Positions 44,150 to 54,285 of a DNA stretch of 64,000 bases are shown here, piece after piece (positions within the stretch are counted from its first letter, which is position 1; each line of letters begins with the position of its first letter). The notes beneath the pieces were generated by a model. That model saw nothing but the letters and a program-made list of their open reading frames with translations. It did no database searches and was not told the DNA's origin. The translations under genes were made by a program, and so were the position numbers. This DNA comes from Minisyncoccota bacterium (GTDB taxonomy: Bacteria; Patescibacteriota; Minisyncoccia; Phycocordibacterales; UBA6065), in the NCBI GenBank assembly GCA_036400935.1, contig DASWWW010000004.1:7808-71807 (forward strand). Reading direction: 5' to 3'.

Positions 44150-46753
44150 CTAATTGCGGGCGCGGTACACCTTCTTGCCGATCTCGATTAGCCCAATATT
44201 GACGAGGCCGAGAGCGATAACCGCAACGGCCCACTCCCACGGCAGCGCGACGGTGCCGAACAGCTTCTGAAGGAATGGCACATATATGGCGATCGCCATG
44301 AGGATAAGCCCTCCGCCGATTCCTGCGAGCAGGAACGGATTTGAGAAGAACGGATACGAGAATATGCTGCGCTCTAGGCTGCGGACCGGCAGCGCCACAA
44401 AGAGCGTGTAGCTACCGAATGCCGCGAATATGAAAGTCCTGACCAGGTCGCCATCGAAGCCGAGGCGCAGGAGAAGCCAGTACAGGACAAAGAGGAGCGC
44501 GCTCGTCGAGAGGCCGATAGTAAGGATGAGCGAACGCATCAAAGGATCGAAAAGGCTCTGGCTCGGCTTGCGAGGCCTCGCGGAAAGCACATGCTTCTCC
44601 TTTTCGAATGCGAAGGCGATCGCCGGGAAGCTGTCCGAAAAGAAATTGACCCACAGGATCTGAAGAGCGTTCAGCGGCAATGGCAGACCGACGACGAGCG
44701 ATCCGCCGATAAGTATCAGTCCGTCGGTGACGTTTGAAAGCAGGTAGACGAGCACCTTTCGGATATTGCCCATGATCTGCCTGCCCTCCTCTACCGCCGC
44801 CACGATCGTCTCGTAGTTATCGTCGAGCAGAACGAGGTCGGCGACGCTGCGTGACACCTCGGTGCCCGACCCCATGGCGATGCCGACATCGGCGCGCTTG
44901 ATAGCCGGCGCATCATTCACGCCGTCGCCCGTCATGGCCACGATCTCGCCCGCCTTTTGGTACAGCTCGACTATGCGCAATTTATCGAAAGGGGTGACGC
45001 GCGATATGACCTGCAGTTTCGGCAGGCGCTCCTTGAGCTCGGCCTCCGAAAGGAGCACGAGCTCCGACGCGTCGAGAGCGGAGCCCTCGGGCACCTCGAG
45101 GCCGACTTCCCGCGCGATAGCCTGGGCGGTACCGCGATGATCGCCCGTCATGACGATGGTGCGAATGCCGGCGCGTGTGACGCGGCCGACCGCATCCCGT
45201 ACGCCCGGACGGACAGGGTCATGGAATGAGATGAGACCGTCCATAACCACGCTTTCGAGCCCTATGCTGCTCCCGCTCTCCTTGTTGGCACACGGCGCGT
45301 GAGCCACGCCCAATATGCGCCTGCCCGTAGAGGCCATGGAGTGAATCTTTTCAGAGATCTCACGGCGCTCCGCCACAGGCAGAGTGGAATGGGCAAGCAA
45401 AATGTCCGGAGCGCCGAAGAATACGGCAATATCGCCGCCCTTCTCGCGCAAGACGGCGGCAGAATATTTCTGGACCGCATTGAAAGGAGCGGTTCTAACG
45501 GTATCTTTCGGATCGATATCGGTAACCCTTATTCCACGGGCAGCAGCTCCATGAACGAGGGCGGTCTCCATGATCCTGCCCGTGAGCTTCCATTCGGCAG
45601 GCTCGGCCTTTGGATTCTCGACGGCGACCGTCGAGCAAGCGAGCCCGCGGCGCAATACGTCCGCCTCGTTCGGCTTGCCCAGAGGCATGACGTCGGTCAA
45701 TTCCATACGGGCGGCAGTGAGCGTGCCCGTCTTGTCGGTGAGGATGACTGTAGTGCTGCCCAAAGCCTCGGCCGCGACGAGCTTCCTGACGACGCCCTTC
45801 CTCTTGGCCATGCGCTGGACTCCGACGGACAGGATGACGGTGAGGGCAACCGGCAAGCCCTCAGGGATCGCAGAGACGGCGATCGCAACCGACGTCAGAA
45901 ACATGTCGACGAACGAATAGCCAACAGCGATGCCGACGCCAAAGACGACCACGGTCAGGGCGCCCAGTACCGCGCTCGCTTTCACGCTGAACGACTTGAT
46001 CGCCTTCTGAAGAGGGGTCTCCTCGCGCTCTGTCGACGCGATAGCTTCGGCGATCTTTCCAAATTCGGTCGCCTTGCCCGTGCTGCACGCCACGACGACG
46101 CAGACGCCTTGGGTAACGAGCGTTCCTGCGAATGCCATCGACTCGCGATCGCCGAGCACCGCGGCCGCCGAGACTGCCTCAGCTGATTTGGATGCTGGCA
46201 AGGACTCTCCCGTAAGCACCGCTTCGTCTATCTGAAGGTCGCTCGCCGAAACGATGCGCGAGTCAGCGGGCACGCGGTCGCCCTGCGAGAGCTTGATGAT
46301 ATCGCCCGGCACAACGTCCTCGGAATCGATCTCACGCTCGACGCCCCCACGGACCACGCGCGAGCGCTGCTTGAGGTACGCGTCGAGGGCAGCCAATGCC
46401 TGCTCTGCCTTGTCCTCCTGATAGAAGCCCAGCAAGGCGTTCACCGCTACCGCGATAAAAATAAAGGCAGCGTCCCTGTAATGCGCGATCGCGATAGTTA
46501 CGCCCGTAGCCGCAATGAGCACGAGGATGAGTGGGCTCGTGAACTGGCGCAGGAAAATCTTCAACCGCGAAGCGCGTCGAGGAGCCTCGATGCGGTTCTT
46601 GCCTACTTCCGCCAAGCGCTGTACCGCTTCGACGTCCGAAAGCCCGCCCTGAATATCCGTGCCAAGCCCGGTCACGACCTCGTCTGCCGGCAAGGACCAG
46701 ACCGCAGAATTTTCAAAAGGGTTGATTTTCATATATAGGCCCAATTTTATCAC
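44150..46753 (-). CDS. cation-transporting P-type ATPase (type II)
   Basis: ILTDKTGTLT phosphorylation motif, TGDGVNDAPAIKRADVGIAMG hinge, and a 10-TM architecture. Confidence 0.9.
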   Translation of the reverse strand: MIKLGLYMKINPFENSAVWSLPADEVVTGLGTDIQGGLSDVEAVQRLAEVGKNRIEAPRRASRLKIFLRQFTSPLILVLIAATGVTIAIAHYRDAAFIFIAVAVNALLGFYQEDKAEQALAALDAYLKQRSRVVRGGVEREIDSEDVVPGDIIKLSQGDRVPADSRIVSASDLQIDEAVLTGESLPASKSAEAVSAAAVLGDRESMAFAGTLVTQGVCVVVACSTGKATEFGKIAEAIASTEREETPLQKAIKSFSVKASAVLGALTVVVFGVGIAVGYSFVDMFLTSVAIAVSAIPEGLPVALTVILSVGVQRMAKRKGVVRKLVAAEALGSTTVILTDKTGTLTAARMELTDVMPLGKPNEADVLRRGLACSTVAVENPKAEPAEWKLTGRIMETALVHGAAARGIRVTDIDPKDTVRTAPFNAVQKYSAAVLREKGGDIAVFFGAPDILLAHSTLPVAERREISEKIHSMASTGRRILGVAHAPCANKESGSSIGLESVVMDGLISFHDPVRPGVRDAVGRVTRAGIRTIVMTGDHRGTAQAIAREVGLEVPEGSALDASELVLLSEAELKERLPKLQVISRVTPFDKLRIVELYQKAGEIVAMTGDGVNDAPAIKRADVGIAMGSGTEVSRSVADLVLLDDNYETIVAAVEEGRQIMGNIRKVLVYLLSNVTDGLILIGGSLVVGLPLPLNALQILWVNFFSDSFPAIAFAFEKEKHVLSARPRKPSQSLFDPLMRSLILTIGLSTSALLFVLYWLLLRLGFDGDLVRTFIFAAFGSYTLFVALPVRSLERSIFSYPFFSNPFLLAGIGGGLILMAIAIYVPFLQKLFGTVALPWEWAVAVIALGLVNIGLIEIGKKVYRARN

Positions 46754-46867
46754 TTAACTTCGATGTAAGTAACCTTGATTTAATATCGTCTTAACAATCG
46801 GTGCATCCCCCGCGACCAAACTTTTCTGAGACGCCATTACTACCGGACACGATCACTATGAACGAGC

Positions 46868-48031
46868 ATGGAACACATTTTTCTTTCGATCATCATCCCC
46901 GCATACAAGGAGGAGGGCCGCATCGGACCTACGCTCCTTTCCATTGAGGAATATTTCAAGGACAAGAGCTATACATATGAGGTAATCATCGTAAACGACG
47001 GCTCTCCCGACAGGCTCGCGTCGGTCGTCGAGGAGCACATGAAGAGGCACAAGAACGTGCGCTTCATCGACAATCCTGTAAATCGCGGAAAAGGCTATGC
47101 CGTCAAATGCGGCATGTTCGAGGCGCGCGGAGACTATGCCCTCTTCATGGACGCTGACAACTCCGTATCGATCTCGCATCTCGACGCCTTCCTTGCCGAA
47201 GTAAGCAAGGGTTCTGACGTCGTCATCGGCTCGATCGAGGTCGGCAACGCCGTAAAAAAGGAGAACAACGGCTTCTACAGGCGCTTCCTCAGCCGCATCT
47301 CAAAGGCGCCCGTCCGCCTCCTCGCTACCCCAGGCATATACGACACGCAGCGCGGCTTCAAGCTCTTCTCTCGCAAGGCAATGCGCATTATCTTCCCGAA
47401 GCAGACCGTCGACCGCTTTGCCTTCGATATCGAGATCCTCGTTATCGCCATCTCAAACGGCCTCAGGCTCAAGGAGCTGCCGGTAATATTCAATAACCCT
47501 GTCGGATCGACCGTGCGCCTCTCTGCGTACGTCCGCTCACTCGTCGATCTCGTGCAGATCCGCATCAAGAAGGCCCTCGGCGCCTACGCAGTGCCCGGAC
47601 TCAGGCCGCGGCCGGCAGGAATGCAGGCTGAGAGAACGAATTACGGCAGGCTCGCCGTCCTCGGAATCTGCCTCGCTCTATCGGTCGGCCTGCTCGCAAG
47701 CGTCCGCCCTACCGACACCGTGACGGCGACATCAGTAGCGACTTCGACCCAAAGCCTCATCCCGCGCATAATCTCGCAGTTCACGCCGCAGGCTGAGCTG
47801 CCGGAGAACGCCTCACCGAGCTGGATATACGACCGAGAGCCTACGACCAAGGCAGCCACCGGCACGCTCCTCCTCATTTCATTCCTCTGCGTGCTCGTAG
47901 GAAGCGATCTCATCGCCGGACTCGTCCTGCCTCGAGTGAACGCGGCGGTACGCAAATCACTCCTCGCTACGACCCCTCTGCCTGACCGCGGGACAAAGCG
48001 CCGCTACCCTCTCCTAACCAATCCAGTCTAA
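46868..48031 (+). CDS. glycosyltransferase family 2 with a C-terminal membrane extension
   Basis: IIIPAYKEEGRIGPTL, VIIVNDGSPD and FMDADNS motifs. C-terminal TM segments. Confidence 0.8.
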   Translation: MEHIFLSIIIPAYKEEGRIGPTLLSIEEYFKDKSYTYEVIIVNDGSPDRLASVVEEHMKRHKNVRFIDNPVNRGKGYAVKCGMFEARGDYALFMDADNSVSISHLDAFLAEVSKGSDVVIGSIEVGNAVKKENNGFYRRFLSRISKAPVRLLATPGIYDTQRGFKLFSRKAMRIIFPKQTVDRFAFDIEILVIAISNGLRLKELPVIFNNPVGSTVRLSAYVRSLVDLVQIRIKKALGAYAVPGLRPRPAGMQAERTNYGRLAVLGICLALSVGLLASVRPTDTVTATSVATSTQSLIPRIISQFTPQAELPENASPSWIYDREPTTKAATGTLLLISFLCVLVGSDLIAGLVLPRVNAAVRKSLLATTPLPDRGTKRRYPLLTNPV

Positions 48032-48035
48032 ACCC

Positions 48036-49244
48036 ATGAATCCCAAACCCCTGAAAAAAGAGATACTCGGCGTCGCGCTCATAGGTCTCGGCGTTCTCAT
48101 ATTCGCCGGAGTCCTCTACCTGCACAGCATCAATCCCGGCGCGAAGGAGCCGTTCTCAAAGAGCGAGATGCTCGGCTACATCTGGAAGAACTACAAAGAA
48201 GAGTATGTCGAGAAAGACACATACCGCACGCTCGACCGCCAGCAGAACGACATCACAACCTCGGAAGGTCAGGCCTATACCATGCTGCGCGCCGTCTGGA
48301 TGGACGACAAGCAGACCTTCGACGGCGCTTTCAAGTGGGCTAACGACAACCTCGGCCGATCGAGCGACAACCTCTACAGCTGGCTCTTCGGCAAGCGGGC
48401 CGACGGCACCTTCGGCGTGCTCGATGACCGCGGAGGCGAGAACACGGCGTCCGACGCTGACGCGGACATCGCTCTTGCCCTCATCTTTGCCTACAACCGC
48501 TGGGGCGACCAGAACTACCTGACATCGGCGCAGGCAATCATCGACGATATCTGGGATTTCGAAGTCGTATCGGTCAAAGGCATACCGTACATGGCAGCGA
48601 ACGACCTCGAGCGCCTCTCGAAGGAAAAGATCATCGTGAACCCTTCGTACCTTTCGCCTGGCGCATACAGGATATTCGCCAAGTACGATACCGACCACGA
48701 CTGGCTGGCAGTCGTCGACAGTTCGTACAATCTCCTGACAAGCGTCACGCAGAACAGGCTCGACACACAGACGAGCGCAGCCATTCCTCCCGATTGGGTC
48801 GTCATCAGCCGCGAGACCGGAAACGCCATCGACAGCGGCAACGCGAACCTCTCGACCAATTTCGGCTACGAGGCATTGCGCGTGCCATGGAGGATCGCCC
48901 TCGATTACACTTGGTTCAAAGACGACGCGCCAAAGATCTACCTCTCGCGCCTTGGATTCCTCGCGAGCGAATGGAGAGAGAAGGGCCGCCTCGCCTCCGT
49001 CTACAAGCATGACGGATCCCCTGTCGCGGTCGACCAGGTCCCTGCGATGTACGCGGGAACCCTCGGCTACTTCATGATCCAGCAGCCGGACCTCGCCAAG
49101 GAGATCTATGAGCAGAAACTGCTCTTCCTCTTCGACCTCGATACCAATGACTGGAAGACGCGCCTCAGCTACTACGACGACAACATCGTCTGGTTCGGCA
49201 TGGCCCTTTATAACGACCTCTCGCCTAACCTAGACCAGAAATAA
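48036..49244 (+). CDS. glycoside hydrolase family 8 (endoglucanase, BcsZ-like)
   Basis: TSEGQAYTMLRAV, the GH8 catalytic-acid motif. N-terminal TM anchor. (alpha/alpha)6 composition. Confidence 0.75.
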   Translation: MNPKPLKKEILGVALIGLGVLIFAGVLYLHSINPGAKEPFSKSEMLGYIWKNYKEEYVEKDTYRTLDRQQNDITTSEGQAYTMLRAVWMDDKQTFDGAFKWANDNLGRSSDNLYSWLFGKRADGTFGVLDDRGGENTASDADADIALALIFAYNRWGDQNYLTSAQAIIDDIWDFEVVSVKGIPYMAANDLERLSKEKIIVNPSYLSPGAYRIFAKYDTDHDWLAVVDSSYNLLTSVTQNRLDTQTSAAIPPDWVVISRETGNAIDSGNANLSTNFGYEALRVPWRIALDYTWFKDDAPKIYLSRLGFLASEWREKGRLASVYKHDGSPVAVDQVPAMYAGTLGYFMIQQPDLAKEIYEQKLLFLFDLDTNDWKTRLSYYDDNIVWFGMALYNDLSPNLDQK

Positions 49245-49245
49245 C

Positions 49246-52233
49246 ATGAAAGAAGCCATCATCGACCCAAGGAAGAAGTTCCTCGAGACGAAGGTCAAGA
49301 AAATTACGATCCTCACGGCGGCGTTCCTGACGCTCGTGTACTTCATCGTGATCACCTTCCTGTTCCAGCCGGCCAACAAGTGGCTCTTTGGAGCGCTCAT
49401 CCTCGGCGAAGTCTTCCACTCGTTCCAGATCCTCATGTTCCTCTATACGATCTGGAACACCGAATACATGCCGTCCAAGAAAGGAAGGCCGGCGGTCGAT
49501 GGCGGAGTCGACGTGTTCATCACCGTCGCGGGCGAGCCTGTCGACATCGTCGAGGAGACCGTCCAGGCGGCGCTTGCCATGGACTATCCCGACTTCAAGG
49601 TCCACATACTGAACGACGGCCTCGTGGCAAAGAAAGACAACTGGAAGGATATCGAGGCATTAGCCGCGAAATACGGCATCAACTGCATCACCCGAACCGT
49701 GCCGGGAGGAGCCAAGGCCGGCAACATCAACAACGCGATGCGCAATACGGAAAAGCCGTACATCGCCATCTTCGACGCGGACCATGTCCCCCATACAGAC
49801 TTCCTGGCCAAGACCATGATGTATTTCGCCGACGCCCAGGTCGGATACGTCCAGTCGCCCCAGTACTACAAGAATCACGACCTCAACACGGTCACCCGAG
49901 GCGCATGGGAACAGCAGGAGCTCTTCTTCGGCCCGATCTGCAAGGGAAAGAACCGCATGAACAGCGCGACCATGTGCGGAACCAACATGGTCATATCGCG
50001 AAAGGCATTGGAGCAGGTCGGGGGCATGTCCGAGGAGTCGATCGCCGAAGACTTCCTTACCGGAATGCTCATCCACGAGAAGAAGTGGAAGTCCGTCTAC
50101 GTCCCTGAGGTGCTTGCAGAAGGCCTTGCGCCCGAGGATTTCCTCTCGTACTCGAAGCAGCAGTTCCGCTGGGCCCGAGGCGCTCTCGACGTCATATTCA
50201 AGTACAACCTGCTCTTCCGGAACAAGGGCCTGACCTTCGCGCAGCGCTGGCAGTACCTGAGCTCGGTGACATTCTTCCTCTCCGGCGTAATCGTCCTTAT
50301 CGACGCGGCCATTCCCCTCTTCTACTTCTTCTTCGGCCAAGTGCCGATCCTCTCATCGACGATGCTCCTAGCCGCAGCGTTCCTACCGTACATCTTCCTG
50401 ACGCTCTTCATCCTCCAGAAGTCGACGAACTTCTCGTTCACCTTCTCGTCCCTCGCCTTCTCCAATGCCGGCTGGTACATACACATCAAGGCCCTCTTCG
50501 CTACGATCACCAACAGGAAATCAAGCTTCCAGATCACGCCAAAGCGCCAGGTCCAGGGAAACTTCGCCCTGCTCGTCGTGCCTCACATAGCCTACTGCGC
50601 CTTGGTCGTTGCCGGAATCACATTCGCGACGTTGCGCGACGGAGTTACGGCATCGCTCGTGACCAACGCCTCGTGGGCCCTGCTCAATATCGGCATGTTC
50701 GCGCCGTTCATCTACGCCGCATTGCCGCACAAGGAGCCAAAGCCCGAGGAAATGATCGACGCTGAGCTCATAGAATCGCCAAAGAAGAATTCGCGGCACG
50801 CCATCTATATTGCCGGCCTCATCGGCCTTATCTGCGCGCTCTCGGCATTCTTCTTCTCGCACCAGAGCCTCCGCCTCGACGAGTCGCAGAGCCTCTGGCA
50901 GGTGAATCACACGCCGGCGATGATACTCAATATCGTGGCGCGCGACGTGCACGTGCCGCTCTACCACTTCGTCCTCTATGTCTGGGAATATTTCCTCGGC
51001 ACGGACGTGGCGGTCGGCCGCAGCCTGTCCCTCCTTTTCTTCGCCCTGTCGATCCCCCTCATGTACGCATTGGGCAAGAAGGCGTACAACCGCAACGTTG
51101 GCCTCTCGGGCGCAGTGCTGCTCGCCATATCGCCGTTCATGAACTGGTTCGGAAACGAGATCCGCATGTACAGCATGCTCGTATTCTTCGTGCTCGCTAA
51201 CCAGTACTTCTTTATCAGCCTGTTCAAGAGCCAGGAGCGAAGGCTGTGGATCGGCTACGCCCTGACGGCCCTTGCCGGCGTCTACACGCACTACTTCTTC
51301 GCCTTCTTCTTGGCCAGCCAGTCGATATTCTATCTCGCCCGGCGAGACGCGTTCCCTGCCGGTGCACTCAAGAAGTTCAGCATGGTAGCCATCGGGCTCA
51401 TCATTGCCTTTGCCCCATGGGTGGCGTACGTGATCAGCCAAGGATCAGCGCAGAATACCCAGCCGAGCCTCGTGGCGCCATCGTCAGTCGACCTCTTCAA
51501 CGTCTTCTCGCAGTTCGTATTCGGATTCCAGACGGACCACCTGAACACGCTCCTCGTATCGCTCTGGCCGATCACGGTGCTCCTCGCCTTCCTCTTCCTC
51601 AGGAAGAGCCGCGGAGAGTCGGCAGTATCGTCATACTTCGTGGCCATGCTCGCCCTGCCGAACATCCTGGCATTCCTGGTGAGCGTCACCGTCCGGCCGC
51701 TCTTCCTCAGCCGCTACCTGATCGTGTCGATACCCGCGATGTACCTCCTCCTGAGCTGGATCATATCGACCTACAGGCCGCCGCTACGAAATATCTGCCG
51801 TGCCGGGCTCGTCGCTATCATGCTGGCTACGCTTACGATCGAGATCGGCAGCGCGTCAACACCGGTAAAGGAGGAGTACCAGCTGGCAACCGAGCATTTG
51901 GAGTCGCACGCCAAGCCGCAGGACATCATCGTGGTATCGGCGCCCTTCACGATCTATCCGTTCCAGTACTACTACAAGGGCAATACGTCAGTACAGACGC
52001 TTCCTATATGGGATCGCAGCGAGTACGGGCCGATTCCCGCCTTCGACTCCGCCGACCTTCCTCGGCAAGTCGAGGAATTGGCGGGAAGCCATGACAGCCT
52101 CTGGCTCCTCTTGAGTTACGACCAAGGGTATCAGGAGGAAGTCAGGCAGTATTTCGACAGCAATTACCACTTGCTCTGGAAGGAGAAGTATTCGCCGGGA
52201 GTGGAGCTCTATCAGTACCAATTAAGATACTAA
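49246..52233 (+). CDS. fusion of cellulose-synthase-like GT2 (BcsA-type) and a GT-C (GT39/PMT/ArnT-like) membrane glycosyltransferase
   Basis: N-terminal half has FDADHVP, IAEDFLTG (TED-like) and QQFRWARGA (QxxRW). C-terminal ~480 aa are polytopic, with LDESQSLW (a DE motif) and ArnT/PMT-like loops. Confidence 0.8.
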   Translation: MKEAIIDPRKKFLETKVKKITILTAAFLTLVYFIVITFLFQPANKWLFGALILGEVFHSFQILMFLYTIWNTEYMPSKKGRPAVDGGVDVFITVAGEPVDIVEETVQAALAMDYPDFKVHILNDGLVAKKDNWKDIEALAAKYGINCITRTVPGGAKAGNINNAMRNTEKPYIAIFDADHVPHTDFLAKTMMYFADAQVGYVQSPQYYKNHDLNTVTRGAWEQQELFFGPICKGKNRMNSATMCGTNMVISRKALEQVGGMSEESIAEDFLTGMLIHEKKWKSVYVPEVLAEGLAPEDFLSYSKQQFRWARGALDVIFKYNLLFRNKGLTFAQRWQYLSSVTFFLSGVIVLIDAAIPLFYFFFGQVPILSSTMLLAAAFLPYIFLTLFILQKSTNFSFTFSSLAFSNAGWYIHIKALFATITNRKSSFQITPKRQVQGNFALLVVPHIAYCALVVAGITFATLRDGVTASLVTNASWALLNIGMFAPFIYAALPHKEPKPEEMIDAELIESPKKNSRHAIYIAGLIGLICALSAFFFSHQSLRLDESQSLWQVNHTPAMILNIVARDVHVPLYHFVLYVWEYFLGTDVAVGRSLSLLFFALSIPLMYALGKKAYNRNVGLSGAVLLAISPFMNWFGNEIRMYSMLVFFVLANQYFFISLFKSQERRLWIGYALTALAGVYTHYFFAFFLASQSIFYLARRDAFPAGALKKFSMVAIGLIIAFAPWVAYVISQGSAQNTQPSLVAPSSVDLFNVFSQFVFGFQTDHLNTLLVSLWPITVLLAFLFLRKSRGESAVSSYFVAMLALPNILAFLVSVTVRPLFLSRYLIVSIPAMYLLLSWIISTYRPPLRNICRAGLVAIMLATLTIEIGSASTPVKEEYQLATEHLESHAKPQDIIVVSAPFTIYPFQYYYKGNTSVQTLPIWDRSEYGPIPAFDSADLPRQVEELAGSHDSLWLLLSYDQGYQEEVRQYFDSNYHLLWKEKYSPGVELYQYQLRY

Positions 52234-52239
52234 ACAAAA

Positions 52240-52719
52240 ATGAAAAACAACACACAGACCGTAGGATTTACGTGCGGAGCGATGGACCTCCTTCATGCGG
52301 GCCACGTGCTCATGCTTAAGGAATGCCGATCGCAGTGCGACAAGCTCATCGTAGCGCTCCAGTCCGACCCGTCGATCGATCGAGTAGCGAAAAACCGCCC
52401 TATCCAGTCCATGGAAGAGCGCCAGATCCAGCTCGAAGGCTGCCGCTACGTGGACGAGATCGTCCATTACGACACCGAGGCTGACCTCGTGAATCTGCTC
52501 AAGACGATAAAGCCGGACGTCCGATTCCTCGGAGCCGACTGGAAGGACAAGAAGTTTACCGGCCACGACCTCCCTATCAAGGTGATCTTCAACAGCCGCG
52601 ATCACGGATACTCGTCATCGGACCTCCGCAAGAGGATCTACAAGGCCGAGGCGTCAAAAGAATCCTTTGGAGCGGTTTCTCCGGTCCGCGCGTCAGCCTT
52701 GAAGACGAAGAACTTGTAG
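52240..52719 (+). CDS. cytidylyltransferase-like nucleotidyltransferase (TagD/RfaE-II type)
   Basis: FTCGAMDLLHAGH (HxGH). The last ~27 codons overlap the convergent GtrA gene, so the true C-terminus is uncertain. Confidence 0.7.
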   Translation: MKNNTQTVGFTCGAMDLLHAGHVLMLKECRSQCDKLIVALQSDPSIDRVAKNRPIQSMEERQIQLEGCRYVDEIVHYDTEADLVNLLKTIKPDVRFLGADWKDKKFTGHDLPIKVIFNSRDHGYSSSDLRKRIYKAEASKESFGAVSPVRASALKTKNL

Positions 52720-53147
52720 CTCAGGAAATTCCAGGTGTTGGTAGCGATAACGCCGGCTACAGCTCCGATATTGGCTCCCCACGCGTCGCCGAGGGACGGC
52801 ACAAGCCACTTCACAAGAGAGAATACTCCGACCGAGGCGGCGATATTGAGCAAGAAGCCGATTCCGCTCGCGGCAAAAAAGGTCACGCCCTCGCGGCGGG
52901 CCTTTTTTGCCGCGGCGCGCTTGAACACCCAGCGGCTGTTCATCACATAGCTATTGGCCACGGCGGCGCAGAACGAGACGCTCTTGAATACGACGTACGC
53001 GGGACGGCCGACCGTGCCTCCGGAAAGCAGCAAAAGGCCGTTGAATGCGGCGAAGTCGATAGCGGTATTGGCTACGCCGGTAACGGCGAAACGGGCATAT
53101 TCGCCCCATCTTTTGCTGTTGAGCAAGGCTTGAACCATAGTCGACAT
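52638..53147 (-). CDS. GtrA-family membrane protein (polysaccharide synthesis or flippase accessory)
   Basis: RFAVTGVANTAIDFAAFNGLL plus 4 TM helices. Start placed at MSTMVQ. The track's start at 53225 is possible but adds an odd N-terminal extension. Confidence 0.65.
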   Translation of the reverse strand: MSTMVQALLNSKRWGEYARFAVTGVANTAIDFAAFNGLLLLSGGTVGRPAYVVFKSVSFCAAVANSYVMNSRWVFKRAAAKKARREGVTFFAASGIGFLLNIAASVGVFSLVKWLVPSLGDAWGANIGAVAGVIATNTWNFLSYKFFVFKADARTGETAPKDSFDASAL

Positions 53148-53223
53148 TACTGCCGTAATCGGCGGCCCTATCTTACGGCTAATATACCGAAGCTGCAGCA
53201 TTAAAAGCATAATCACCACGCCC

Positions 53224-53709
53224 ATGAAAAAGATCCAAGATCCAGCGCAGGCCTTCCTGATGAAGATTCAGGCCCTGTACGACATCGAGAAGCAATTGGA
53301 GAAGGCTCTTCCGAAGATGGCCAAGGCTGCCAAGGACGAGGGCTTCCAGGACGCATTCCTCAGCCACCTTGAAGAGACCAAAGAGCACTCGAAAAGGCTC
53401 GAAGGCATATTCAAGATGCTGGGAGTGGCGCCCAAGAAGCTTTCGTGCGACGGCATCCGAGGCATCGTCGAGGACACCAAATGGACTATCGAGCAGGACG
53501 CGACCCCGGCACTGAAAGACGCCATGATCGCGAGCGCCGCCCGATACGCGGAGCACTACGAGATGGCCGGATACATGAGCGCTATCGCGCAGGCGCGGTT
53601 TCTCGGCATGGTGGATGCGGCTGCCCTCCTTACGGAGACGCTGGCCGAAGAGCAGGCAGCGGACAAGGTGTTGGACGGAGCGATGAAAGCAGCATTAAAA
53701 GAAGCGTAA
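53224..53709 (+). CDS. ferritin-like DUF892/YciE-family protein
   Basis: Four-helix-bundle pattern with LEETKEHSKRLEGIFKMLG and AARYAEHYEMAGY repeats, typical of YciE/YciF. Confidence 0.65.
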   Translation: MKKIQDPAQAFLMKIQALYDIEKQLEKALPKMAKAAKDEGFQDAFLSHLEETKEHSKRLEGIFKMLGVAPKKLSCDGIRGIVEDTKWTIEQDATPALKDAMIASAARYAEHYEMAGYMSAIAQARFLGMVDAAALLTETLAEEQAADKVLDGAMKAALKEA

Positions 53710-53731
53710 TCAAAAGATAATCAGCAAATAT

Positions 53732-54226
53732 ATGTCAAAGAATGCAACCATCGGCGTAGTTATCGCGATCGTCGTGATACTCGTCGGCGCGGCGGTAATC
53801 TATCAGTCGCGACAAGATGTCGTCGAGCCAATGACTTCGGAGACCTCGTCTTCTGAGACTACGGGCACCCTCGTCACGGGATCGAATGGCGCTACCGGAT
53901 CCACAGGATCGTCAGCGGTAGGCACCGTCAAGCCTGCGACAGGCACCTCGACCCCTACTACGAGCCCTGCGGTATCGGTAGGAACTCCCGGCTACACCGA
54001 CTACGTCATGAAGGCCGGCGAGAGCATCAACATCGCGGGATACACTGCGACTCTCACCTCTATCGGCGCAAGCGACGTCAGCGTCAAGCTCGTAAAGGGC
54101 CCGACGACAAGCAATCAGACATATAAGCTCAATACTCCGAGCACTGGTTACGGCTTTACCGGCGAGGTCCGCAAGATCGACACCGCAAGCAAGTCAGTCA
54201 CCTTCCGAGTCACCATCCTCCCTTAA
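53732..54226 (+). CDS. membrane-anchored Thr/Ser-rich hypothetical protein
   Basis: N-terminal TM, a low-complexity TSSSETTGT linker, then a beta-rich domain. Confidence 0.5.
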   Translation: MSKNATIGVVIAIVVILVGAAVIYQSRQDVVEPMTSETSSSETTGTLVTGSNGATGSTGSSAVGTVKPATGTSTPTTSPAVSVGTPGYTDYVMKAGESINIAGYTATLTSIGASDVSVKLVKGPTTSNQTYKLNTPSTGYGFTGEVRKIDTASKSVTFRVTILP

Positions 54227-54242
54227 TCCGGAACAAGGATGA

Positions 54243-54285
54243 AAGAAGGAGGGCCGCCCTTACGGGCGGCCCTCCTTCTTATTTA
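54243..54285. terminator. bidirectional rho-independent terminator
   Basis: gaaggagggccgccc-ttac-gggcggccctccttc followed by ttatttac. Confidence 0.85.
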
